In this document: piece by piece, positions 50,466 to 62,500 of the stretch
Numbering within the stretch: the first letter of the stretch is position 1
How the letters are laid out: each line of letters starts with the position of its first letter
DNA from: Neoechinorhynchus agilis
Taxonomy: Eukaryota > Animalia > Acanthocephala
DNA: 64,000 nucleotides
Assembly: GCA_051530055.1 (NCBI GenBank)
Contig: CM121342.1
Coordinates: 8,380,388 to 8,444,387 of the forward strand
Reading direction: 5' to 3'
Made by a program: the position numbers and the translations under genes
Notes under the pieces: model-generated
Seen by the model: only the letters and a program-made list of their open reading frames with translations
The model's database searches: none
Told to the model about the DNA's origin: nothing

Positions 50466-52185
50466 AGTACTCTAGAAAAATAGAAGGAGATGGCGTTCTT
50501 TATCTTTACGAGTTCTTAAAAGATTGCTTGTTTATCTTTCCACCTAGAGCAAAAAAATTTAATTTGTCTATTAAACACAAACACTTATGCGTACATTCTT
50601 GTAAGTTGATTTAAACTTTTAGTTTCTAAAAGATATTTTGGATTAACAGCTAAAATGGTGTGGTATCACAAAACGAGCTTCAGTTCCTATAACAATTGAA
50701 CTTGTTAGTAGAAATGAGGTGCTCGTAATTCCTGGATAGATGACAGTATCACATGCTTTGCCAATACTCAACGCAGGCTTTTTCTCTCATTGCGCCTTGT
50801 GAATATAGATAGAGTCGTTTGATTGCCTAAAACAAGCATTACAGTATAATCAAGTTGTTCCACTTGGTTATACATTTAAACAGCTATATCATCAAGAGAA
50901 AGTCCTTTGGGGGAATAAGGTTCGGGGTGTTTCGCAATTACGCTCGGTCATCAAAAAAAAGGTTTTAGTTGTGCCATTTTCGAGGTTCGAGGACCGTGAA
51001 TATCTCTTATCCGGAATTATGATCCCATATCTACAAACTAATTCGATGTACTTAGCAAAATAATCCATCTCAATCCGGTTTGTCGTTGAAACGGTAAATG
51101 GGTATCTTAGTTTCATCATTCTCATTTTCGTCAGGTGTAAATCTAAACAATCGACGGATTTTATTTAAATCCTTTTCCTTATCCGTCGAACATATTTCAT
51201 AAAGTTGATTCGATAAACACTTTCCCGGAAGGACAAAACTGAAAAATGGAATTAATACCAAATGCATTAGCGTATTCACTAAACCATTCTTAAACGTCAA
51301 CAAAAAAAGGAACCCAATATCGGAATCGCCAACACGATCCTTCCAAAGTTTCTTGATTTTCGCCAAAATGGCATCTGTCTGAGTGGCGTCGAAAATCCAT
51401 GGAGGATTCTATGCTTTAGCCGATCCAGAAGCACTTTGCATACTGCGAACGACTGTCAATCTTCACTAGAACTTTGGTAGACAATTCGAATCGATGCTTG
51501 AAATTCAAAATCTTTGTATACTCGGTTAAGATTGTTATGGATGATATTTTAGACAAACTTCCGACGTTTTGTACAAAGAAAGCATAATTGACTCTCTGGG
51601 ATCCGCACCCGTCGAAGTAATTACACTAAAAACAATTGAGTAATGAAATGAATTCATCGAGTGGCATCGAATCGAGGTAAAGAACAAAATTATCCGGGAC
51701 CGTCGTCTGAAATAATCCAGCAATTACAAAGGCACAATCTCTCCAATGTGTTTTGAAAAGCAAAGAGGATCACATTTTTGTTTTAGATATTTGCGTTTCA
51801 TAGTGCTGAGTATGTGGAATGGCGGTTCAGTTGCTTCGGATTTGCTTTTATTCCATCAATATCGCATACTTCAATTTATTATATTTAACGATTATATATT
51901 TTTTAAAATTCAAACTAAATTGAGCAAAAATTGGTATATTCGTCAATGCAGTAAAAATAACCTTTGTCTCCCTGGTAAACCGTGAAATGAAAATAATTTG
52001 AATATATATATCAACGTTGATCCAACTTCTAATCTATTTCAATTGGCAAAGAATGGGCTGTTTCTAAAATTTTACCAACCGTACTCATTCACCAATAGTA
52101 TAATCTAAATTTCAACATTTCGTTCAAACGAAAGTTTGCAAATTCTATAAAATATTATAAAGATTTTTTGTCAGCTGGTTCATCT

Positions 52186-55100
52186 TTATTGGAATTGAGT
52201 AGACATGAGATCATAGAGGTACTCAAATCGTTCAGTCTCACCCATGCTTTCCATTTGCTCAATATCTAACGCATTGAGCGTTATGAAATCATCCGGTTCA
52301 CATCCGACTTGAACGATTGCTCCCGGACTTAACACTTTTCCGTTGTCAATCACGTCCTTTAATCTTATGCGATTTTCCATCGGAATAACCACGGGCAAAG
52401 TTTTGCTTGTTCGATGGGAACTAAGAGCAGTTCTCTTCTTTGGTGTTATTTTCCTCGGGATTTCATTAATGCGCTCCTGTCTTGTCTGTGTCATTGAGTA
52501 TTTCATCTTTGCTATCGTTAAAGCGAGTATCAAAAGAAAAGAAGACACTAAACCGGCCACAGTGTACGCCATCAAATGAGCGGAATATCTTTTTTCAAGT
52601 AGAATTGAACTCCTTTCTAATTCCTCATCTAGTTTGTCATCGATTTCACGGTGAGTTCAGAACTGAAATCGATAGCCTATGCGATTAAGCGTTAAAAGAC
52701 GATGTTTCGTCAATTGCGCCAATTCCTCAAGTGAAAGTCTTTGCATGCTATGCAGATCCAAGGCTTAAAATGCGTATTTTACAACTTTTAAACGTTTCCA
52801 TGACAGTTGAACACACAAAATTAGTATCGGAAGGCGCAATCTCTTTTTATCCTAATTATTGCTACTATATTTTTGCCTGCGGTGTCAAATTACTTAATTT
52901 AGTTTTTAAAAGCCAATCGACAGTGAGGAATTTAAAAAGCATTTTATCCACTCTACATGATTTTTTTCATTGAGATCGGTCCATGTGCACAAAAGCAATA
53001 TATTGATTTCGGCCGAAATATTTAAATTTTTCATTTTGTGCCAATCGAACGACGTTAATAACACTTTTATTTTGTTTTTTGTTAGCTAATAAGAATTGGG
53101 CCCATGCGCCTTTGGGCCCGCTTTGTAGCATTGTTTTTGATGAAGATAGGGTAATCGTTATTTGAGCGATAAACAATATTGGTTTGCAACTATGGAATGC
53201 GGATTCGGCGAGGTAGGAGGAAGTCCGTTCGGGTGAGAATATCCGGTATTGAGGTATGCCCATTGCAGCACGGATAATAAATAATAACACGCATCCTGGC
53301 TGGGTATTTCCATTCTAGTGGACGAATTCGTGGTTTTTGTCTATAGGAGTGCTTGTGAAGTTGAGTCTTTCCTCAGGTTCATTTCAGGTTATGGTATCCG
53401 AGAAGATTCAACAGCATAATAATAGCACGTTTATTGATAAAAAATACAGAATTGGACCCATGCACCTTTGGCTCCTCGTAAGCACTCGAGTTTAGAGTTG
53501 GTCAAAAAATAAATTCGGATCGGTTTGGGTGAAAATATTGGGCCGGGGATGTCCGTTCGGATAGGAATATCCGGGCTGGGTATTTCCATTCCAGTGGACG
53601 AATTGGTGGTTTTTGTTTATAGGAGAGATTGTGAAGTTAAGTCTTTCCTCAGGTTCATTTCAGGTTATGGTATCCGAGAAGATTCAACAGCATAATAATA
53701 GCACGTTTATTGATAAAAAATACAGAATTGGACCCATGCACCTTTGGCTCCTCGTAAGCACTCGAGTTTAGAGTTGGCCAAAAAATAAATTCGGATCGGT
53801 TTGGGTGAAAATATTGGGCCGGGGATGTCCGTTCGGATAGGAATATCCTGGCTGGGCATTTCCATTCTAGTGGACGAATTATTGGTTTTTGTTTATAGGA
53901 GAGCTTGTGAAGTTAAGTCTTTCCTCAGGTTCATTTCAGGTTATGGTATCCGAGAAGATTGGGCAGCATAATAATAACACGTTTATTAGTAAAAAATACA
54001 GATTGGACCCTGCACCTTTGGCTCCTCATAAGAACTCGAGTTTATAGTTGGTCAGAAAATAAATTCGGATCGGTTTTGGTGAATATATTCGGTCGGGGGA
54101 TGTCCGTTCGGATAGGAATATCCGGGCTGGGTATTTCCATTCTAGTGGACGAATTGGTGGTTTTTGTTTATAGGAGAGCTTGTGAAGTTAAGTCTTTCCT
54201 CAGGTTCATTTCAGGTTATGGTATCCGAGAAGATTGGGCAGCATAATAATAGCACGTTTATTGATAAAAAATACAGAATTGGACCCATGTACCTTTGGCT
54301 CCTCGTAAGCACTCGAGTTTAGAGTTGGCCAAAAAATAAATTCGGATCGGTTTGGGTGAAAATATTCGGTCGGGGGATGTCCGTTCGGATAGGAATATCC
54401 GGGCTGGGTATTTCCATTCTAGTGGGCGAATTAGTGGTTTTTGTTTATAGGAGTGCTTGTGAAGTTGAGTCTTTCCTCAGGTTCATTTCAGGTTATGGTA
54501 TCCGAGAAGATTCGGCAGCATAATAATAGCACGTTTATTGATAAAAATACAGAATTGGACCCATGCACCTTTGGCTCCTCGTAAGCACTCGAGTTTAGAG
54601 TTGGTCAAAAAATAAATTCGGATCGGTTTGGGTGAAAATATTCGGTCGGGGGATGTCCGTTCGGATAGGAATATCCGGGCTGGGTATTTCCATTCTAGTG
54701 GGCGAATTGGTGGTTTTTGTTTATAGGAGTGCTTGTGAAGTTAAGTCTTTCCTCAGGTTCATTTCAGGTTATGGTATCCGAGAAGATTCGGCAGCATAAT
54801 AATAGCACGTTTATTGATAAAAAATACAGAATTGGACCCATGCACCTTTGGCTCCTCATAAGAACTCGAGTTTAGAGTTGGCCAAAAAATAAATTCGGAT
54901 CGGTTTGGGTGAAAATATTGGGCCGGGGATGTCCGTTCGGATAGGAATATCCTGGCTGGGCATTTCCATTCTAGTGGACGAATTGTTGGTTTTTGTTTAT
55001 AGGAGAGCTTGTGAAGTTAAGTCTTTCCTCAGGTTCATTTCAGGTTATGGTATCCGAGAAGATTGGGCAGCAAATATAGGAGGTTTATATAAAAAATATA

Positions 55101-58100
55101 GAATTGGACCCACGCACCTTGGGCTCCTCATAAGAACTCGAGTTTACCGTTGGTCAGAAAATAAATTCGGATCGGTTTTGGTGAATATATTCGGTCGGGG
55201 GATGTCCGTTCGGATAGGAATGTCCGGGCTGGGCATTTCCATTCTAGTGGACGAATTATAGGTTTTTGTTTATAGGAGAGATTGTGAAGTTAAGTCTTTC
55301 CTCAGGTTCATTTCAGGTTATGGTATCCGAGAAGATTGGGCAGCATAATAATAGCACGTTTATTAGTAAAAAAATACAGAATTGGACCCATGTACCTTTG
55401 GCTCCTCATAAGAACTCGAGTTTATAGTTGGTCAGAAAATAAATTCGGATCGGTTTGGGTAAAAATATTCGGCCGAGGGATGTCCGTTCGGATAGGAATA
55501 TCCGGGCTGGGTATTTCCATTCTAGTGGGCGAATTGCTGGTTTTTGCTTATAGGAGAGCTTGTGAAGTTAAGTCTTTCCTCAGGTTCATTTCAGGTTATG
55601 GTATCCGAGAAGATTGGGCAGCATAATAATAGCACGTTTATTGATAAAAAATACAGAATTGGACCCACGCACCGTGGGCTCCTCATAAGAACTCGAGTTT
55701 ACCGTTGGTCAGAAAATAAATTCGGGTCGGTTTGGGTGAATATATTCGGTCGGGGGATGTCCGTTCGGATAGGAATATCCGGGCTGGGTATTTCCATTCT
55801 AGTGAGCGAATTGGTGGTTTTTGTTTATAGGAGTGCCTGTGATGTTGAGTCTTTCCTCAGGTTCATTTCAGGTTATGGTATCCGAGAAGATTGGGCAGCA
55901 TAATAATAACACGTTTATTAGTAAAAAAATACAGAATTGGACCCATGTACCTTTGGCTCCTCATAAGAACTCGGTTTATAGTTGGTCAGAAAATACCGGA
56001 TCGGTTTTGGTGAATATATTCGGTCGGGGGATGTCCGTTCGGATAGGAAAATCCGGGCTGGGTATTTCCATTCTAGTGAGCGAATTGGTGGTTTTTGTTT
56101 ATAGGAGTGCTTGTGAAGTTAAGTCTTTCCTCAGGTTCATTTCAGGTTATTGTACCCGAGAAGATTCAACAGCATAATAATAGCACGTTTATTGATAAAA
56201 AATACAGAATTGGACCCACGCACCTTGGGCTCCTCATAAGAACTCGAGTTTATAGTTGGTCAGAAAATAAATTCGGATCGGTTTGGGTGAAAATATTCGG
56301 CCGAGGGATGTCCGTTCGGATAGGAATATCCGGGCTGGGCATTTCCATTCTAGTGAGGGAATTGGTGGTTTTTGTTTATAGGAGAGATTGTGAAGTTAAG
56401 TCTTTCCTCAGGTTCATTTCGGGTTATTGTATCCGAGAAGATTGGGCAGCATAATAATAGCACGTTTATTGATAAAAAATACAGAATTGGACCCACGCAC
56501 CTTGGGCTCCTCATAAGAACTCGAGTTTATAGTTGGTCAGAAAATAAATTCGGATCGGTTTGGGTGAAAATATTCGGCCGAGGGATGTCCGTTCGGATAG
56601 GAATATCCGGGCTGGGCATTTCCATTCTAGTGAGGGAATTGGTGGTTTTTGTTTATAGGAGAGATTGTGAAGTTAAGTCTTTCCTCAGGTTCATTTCAGG
56701 TTATGGTACCCGAGAAGATTGGGCAGCATAATAATAGCACGTTTATTGATAAAAAAATACAGAATTGGACCCACGCACCTTGGGCTTTTCATAAGAACTC
56801 GAGTTTATAGTTGGTCAGAAAATAAATTCGGATCGGTTTTGGTGAATATATTCGGTCGGGGGATGTCCGTTCGGATAGGAATATCCGGGCTGGGTATTTC
56901 CATTCCAGTGGACGAATTGGTGGTTTTTGTTTATTGGAGAGATTGTGAAGTTAAGTCTTTCCTCAGGTTCATTTCAGGTTATTGTATCCGAGAAGATTGG
57001 GCAGCATAATAATAGCACGTTTATTGGTAAAAAAATACAGAATTGGACCCACGCACCTTGGGCTCTCAAAAGAACTCGAGTTTATAGTTGGTCAGAAAAT
57101 AAATTCGGATCGGTTTTGGTGAATATATTCGGTCGGGGGATGTCCGCTCGGATAAGAAAATCCGGGCTGGGTATTTCCATTCTAGTGAGCGAATTGGTGG
57201 TTTTTGTTTATAGGAGTGCTTGTGAAGTTAAGTCTTTCCTCAGGTTCATTTCTGGTTATGGTATCCGAGAAGATTCAACAGCATAATAATAGCACGTTTA
57301 TTGATAAAAAATACAGAATTGGAGCCACGCACCTTTGGCTCCTCGTAAACACTCGAGTTTAGAGTTGGCCAAAAAATAAATTCGGATCGGTTTGGGTGAA
57401 AATATTCGGTCGGGGGATGTCCGTTCGGATAGGAATATCCGGGCTGGGTATTTCCATTCCAGTGGACGAATAGGTGGTTTTTGTTTATAGGAGAGATTGT
57501 GAAGTTAAGTCTTTCCTCAGGTTCATTTCAGGTTATGGTATCCGAGAAGATTCAACAGCATAATAATAGCACGTTTATTGATAAAAAATACAGAATTGGA
57601 CCCACGCACCTTGGGCTCCTCGTAAGCACTCGAGTTTAGAGTTGGCCAAAAAATAAATTCGGATCGGTTTGTGTGAAAATATTGGGCCGGGGATGTCCGT
57701 TCGGATAGGATTATCCTGGCTGGGCATTTCCATTCTAGTGAGCGAATTGGTGGTTTTTGTTTATAGGAGAGATTGTGAAGTTAAGTCTCTCCTCAGGTTC
57801 ATTTCAGGTTATTGTACCCGAGAAGATTCGGCAGCATAATAATAGCACGTTTATTAGTAAAAAATACAGAATTGGACCCACGCACCTTGGGCTCTCAAAA
57901 GAACTCGAGTTTATAGTTGGTCAGAAAATAAATTCGGATCGGTTTTGGTGAATATATTCGGTCGGGGGATGTCCGCTCGGATAAGAAAATCCGGGCTGGG
58001 TATTTCCATTCTAGTGAGCGAATTGGTGGTTTTTGTTTATAGGAGTGCTTGTGAAGTTAAGTCTTTCCTCAGGTTCATTTCTGGTTATGGTATCCGAGAA

Positions 58101-59570
58101 GATTCAACAGCATAATAATAGCACGTTTATTGATAAAAAATACAGAATTGGAGCCACGCACCTTTGGCTCCTCGTAAACACTCGAGTTTAGAGTTGGCCA
58201 AAAAATAAATTCGGATCGGTTTGGGTGAAAATATTCGGTCGGGGGATGTCCGTTCGGATAGGAATATCCGGGCTGGGTATTTCCATTCTAGTGAGCGAAT
58301 TGGTGGTTTTGTTTATAGGAGTGCTTGTGAAGTTAAGTCTTTCCTCAGGTTCATTTCAGGTTATTGTACCCGAGAAGATTCGGCAGCATAATAATAGCAC
58401 GTTAATTAGTAAAAAATAGAGAATTGGACCCACGCACCTTGGGCTCCTCATAAGAACTCGAGTTTATAGTTGGCCAAAAAATAAATTCGGATCGGTTTTG
58501 ATATTGAATATATTCGGTCGGGGGATGTCCGTTCGGATAGGAATGTCCGGGCTGGGTATTTCGTTCTAGTTGGGCGAATTGGTGGTTTTTGTTTATAGGA
58601 GTGCTTGTGAAGTTAAGTCTTTCCTCAGGTTCATTTCAGGTTATGGTATCCGAGAAGATTGGGCAGCATAATAATAGCACGTTTATTAGTAAAAAAATAC
58701 AGAATTGGACCCATGTACCTTTGGCTCCTCATAAGAACTCGAGTTTAGAGTTGGTCAGAAAATAAATTCGGATCGGTTTGGGTGAAAATATTCGGTCGGG
58801 GGATGTCCGTTCGGATAGGAATATCCGGGCTGGGTATTTCCATTCTAGTGGGCGAATTGGTGGTTTTTGTTTATAGGAGTGCTTGTGAAGTTAAGTCTTT
58901 CCTCAGGTTCATTTCAGGTTATGGTATCCGAGAAGATTCAACGGCATAATAATAGCAGGTTTATTGATAAAAAATACAGAATTGGACCCATGCACCTTTG
59001 GCTCCTCATAAGAACTCGAGTTTAGAGTTGGTCAAAAAGTAAATTCGGATCGGTTTGGGTGAATATATTCGGTCGGGAGATGTAAAAGCGACACCACGAC
59101 TATTTGTAAGACAAAGAGGCCTCTCACCGTGCGTTTTGTGAACATTTACTTTGCGCATTGAACCCGAACGCGACCTCCGTGGGCCAAACACCACTTAAGA
59201 TTCCATCCGGCCGAGGAGTAGACCTATCGATGGTCGTGAGGTACCAAGCGAGTGACTTACGACAACTTCCTCTTGCGGAAGCGTCGTAGAGAGAAGACGG
59301 CCAACGTTCAACGCGTAACGGGACGAGTTTTCTAAAAAGCTTTGCAGAACGCGTGGTTTTTCGGGAATCTGAAGAAGGGTTAAATTTCCGATATACCGGT
59401 CGCTGTAAAATTAATATTTAAGTTCTAATTACAAAGAATAGAAATAAAGTCGATTTTCCTCAACGAGGAAAAATGATCGTTCTCTAAGAAGCTCGCCAAG
59501 TCGGTCAACATTAATAGTTGGATTCGCAAGACGTTCTTTCAAAACTTCATATACGTTACACTGTCTACTG
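52186..59570 (-). CDS. Uncharacterised multi-exon single-pass membrane protein gene spanning the 277-bp array
   Basis: Exons at 59.1-59.57 kb join in phase across 29-37-nt GT-AG introns (...ERLANPTINVDRLGELLRERSFF...IPEKPRVLQSFLE...). The 3' exons at 52.19-52.76 kb encode a TM segment (YTVAGLVSSFLLILALTIA). Joining the two halves through a 59094-52764 GT-AG intron is inferred from phase only. Confidence 0.45.
53295..59085. repeat. Satellite array, ~277-bp unit, ~21 copies, with a diverged edge copy to ~53020
   Basis: GTCTTTCCTCAGGTTCATTTCAGGTTATGG and CGGATAGGAATATCCG recur every ~274-278 bp. Confidence 0.98.
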
Positions 59571-62500
59571 TACTGAATTTGTTCCACGTCAGATTAAACA
59601 TCAATTGATGGTAATCCGGTAAAATATGCAAGTAAACGAAGAAATGTATTCGAAATAGAAGTAACATTCCCGATATAAAGTTTAGATATCATGTTACAAA
59701 CTCCGCTTCATCCAACTGAGTAATCGCTGAAGTTAGCAAACATAGCAGCGGAAGCGTTTCTCATAGAGACAGATATTACATTCGTTGTCCGTTCTCTAAA
59801 TGAAAACTAAGATGAACCACAGTTGGTTGGCGTTCATGAACGGGGAATGCGGCGGTGGCGTTTGTTGCAGTAGCGGAAGTTGAACCTTTATATTGTTGCA
59901 TCACCTCCCAGGAGGTTCTGCTCTACATTTCTTAGCATGGCAGTGATCGCAAATGTTGTTCACAACACCAATAATGACATTAGGATGTTGCTCATTTGGG
60001 AGACTCAAAATGTACACTACAAACATTTCAACCTTACTCATTACTCAATTTTTTATAACCCTCTCGTTCTTTGTACACGTCTAACATTGCCATATTCTGA
60101 ACGTTTCCCATTAAATCCTTCAATTCATTCTGATCGATTCAAACGCCCTTTCCAATAATATCTATGCGAAAATCAACGCCCTCTGTTTCAACATCGTCAA
60201 ATAAAGATATTCTCATGACATTATGTCATTCGCACCTTCTGCTTTTTCGACGATTTCTTTTCCCGCGTTTCCTTGATTCCATTAGCTGCATCCTTACTAA
60301 AATCCGGTTAATCTCCTCGTCCGAATCAATACATTCCTTCTGCCGTCCGGACTCTCCTACATTCGCATATTCCTTCACATAATCGTCCACAACAAACATC
60401 GACCTCAGACTTCGCTATTATTTAAACATATTTTTAAGATTCTATTTGAGGATTGCATTCCGGTGGTTAGATAAGTTTTTATTTAAATCGATTGTCAACA
60501 CCCGAGCGAGAGATCACTAAAGAAGAATGTATATTTCGACTGAACTTATACCTTGTCATATATGTGATTCCACAAAATATAAATTAAGGTTTTTGCTCGT
60601 TTAGTATTTACACGGTCATTCGGCTCGAAACAATAAAAAGATTATTAAATACAATTTTTGCTAATGCCTTTTACTGAAATTTGTAACGTGGCTTTAGGCA
60701 ATGAGATATTGGAATCCACAAAAGATTGTGACAAAATAAAGTGCATTCTAAAGGTGTTCAGATTTGTAAATCATGAGGAATTATCTCTATTAGCGTTTGA
60801 GATATCGACAAAAACCATTTTCCAATACGTAGGTTCCTTTCATTCAATTAAGAGCTTATTAGCTGCACAAAATTCCATTTGTTTCTATATATTCTTAAAC
60901 TTTAATTTGTTCTTACTTTTAAGAAAGAGTTCGGTTTCTAAAAATATGAAAATAAATATTTAAATTTAGGCTTCGACCATTTAGAAGGCAAAGGCCACTT
61001 AAGAACTTCGCATCATATTTAAAATGGAATTGATTATAGCAAAGAATTGCTCATTTAAATGAATACCAATTATAAAATTTTCAATAGCAGTCGATTACTT
61101 AAATTCGCAAAAATGAATGCAGTATTTATTGGAAACGACACTTGCCAAAACATCGACAAATGGTAGAAATTATGAACTAATAATGCTATTCAAGGACACT
61201 AACGGCGGATGCAGCGCACTGCTGTTCGGCCGAAAGATTCCTCTTTCCAATGGAGATTTCAGCACCCATCCATCTCCGTTGATTGTCCTATTATGGTATA
61301 GCAATGCTCATACTCCATTATCAAGGACCGCATTCGGATTCGCCATTCTACACAACACATATCTCTTATTTCTAAGAACCAAACCTAACAAGGCGGAAAA
61401 ATTGAAGAAACTTATTTGTTCCGATATTTCAGAAGTATTTCGATGAGGAAAAGCTTACTTGTAATTTGCTAAAGGAAAACCCATGACAAAGGCATAAGAT
61501 TGTCCAGAAATATCGGATCTTATAAATTGCTTCAATTTTTCGGCCATATCAAAACAGTAGAAATATTTCTCAGTGGTGGTTTTTGTGGCTTTGCTTCCAT
61601 AAGGCACAAAAGCCAAAAATTCATTTTATTTCCTTCATCAAAATGCGTGAAATTTAGAAGAGCGGTTTAGAATTTATTGGCATATGGCGAAAAGTGAAAA
61701 ATTCGATGGTCTATTGAAACTTAACAAAAAAATTCCTTTCAGAGATTTTTTATATGAACAAAAATAATTGTATTCAATGTTTCGTCATCTACGTGGAATT
61801 TCTTCAGAATTGTTTACCCAAATACTAAAACAATTCTGAAGGCCCACGTAGAGGAGCCCAATCTTGATCCGAACCAAACCTTACAGATTCACTTTTTCGG
61901 TTTACAAGGCGGCGCGAAACTACTGAGGCATTTTGAGATCATATGTCAATTGGAGATTATCCATTACTTCGTGTCTTTATCCTAATAAATCCAGCTAGAG
62001 ACTAAGATTTTCTAGAAATCTATAAGGGTGCTTTGCACAGATTTCCTATTCTCCATCTTTCGACGCCAACATAATATCTATCTTCGAGATATTGATTAAA
62101 ATCATTCGCCGGAGTAATTTTCTTTTTCTTTGGTAAGGGGATGTCTGCTGATCAACAAAAAAGAGTTTACCCGTTATTTTAAAATAAAATGAAACAAATT
62201 GACACTCCCTTTCCCGCAATAAAAGACTAGTTAATTTCCTTTTTATTACCAATAGCATTAAGCAAAACAACATTTTACAAATAGCAGAGTAATACTGTCA
62301 AACATTCTTATTCTAATAATAGGATCCTACTAATTTTAGAAATAACACCATCGATTGGTAAACATATTATCCTCTACGAGGTCGCAAAAGATTTGGTATC
62401 GCAGACATTAGTAAGAATGATCGACAGGGAGAGGCGAAGGTTAGTTGTGGACAATTGTTAAAGCTTTGTTATTTCAATTTTTGTCGCATATCAATACAAA

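Noticed and set aside
53959-58419. Repeated ~119-aa ORFs in the ORF track
   Set aside because: They are translations of the 277-bp satellite, with frames shifting at homopolymer indels. The same applies to the ORFs in the 37-40 kb and 47-48 kb arrays.
22641-59085. Tandem arrays as CRISPR arrays
   Set aside because: No unique spacers between short repeats, no cas genes, and a eukaryotic context.
50290-59135. HGERSLCLT (50.3 kb) versus HGERPLCLT (59.1 kb) as paralogy
   Set aside because: The match is only 9 residues, with no flanking similarity. Such matches are expected by chance among six-frame pairs, and part of the second falls in a predicted intron.
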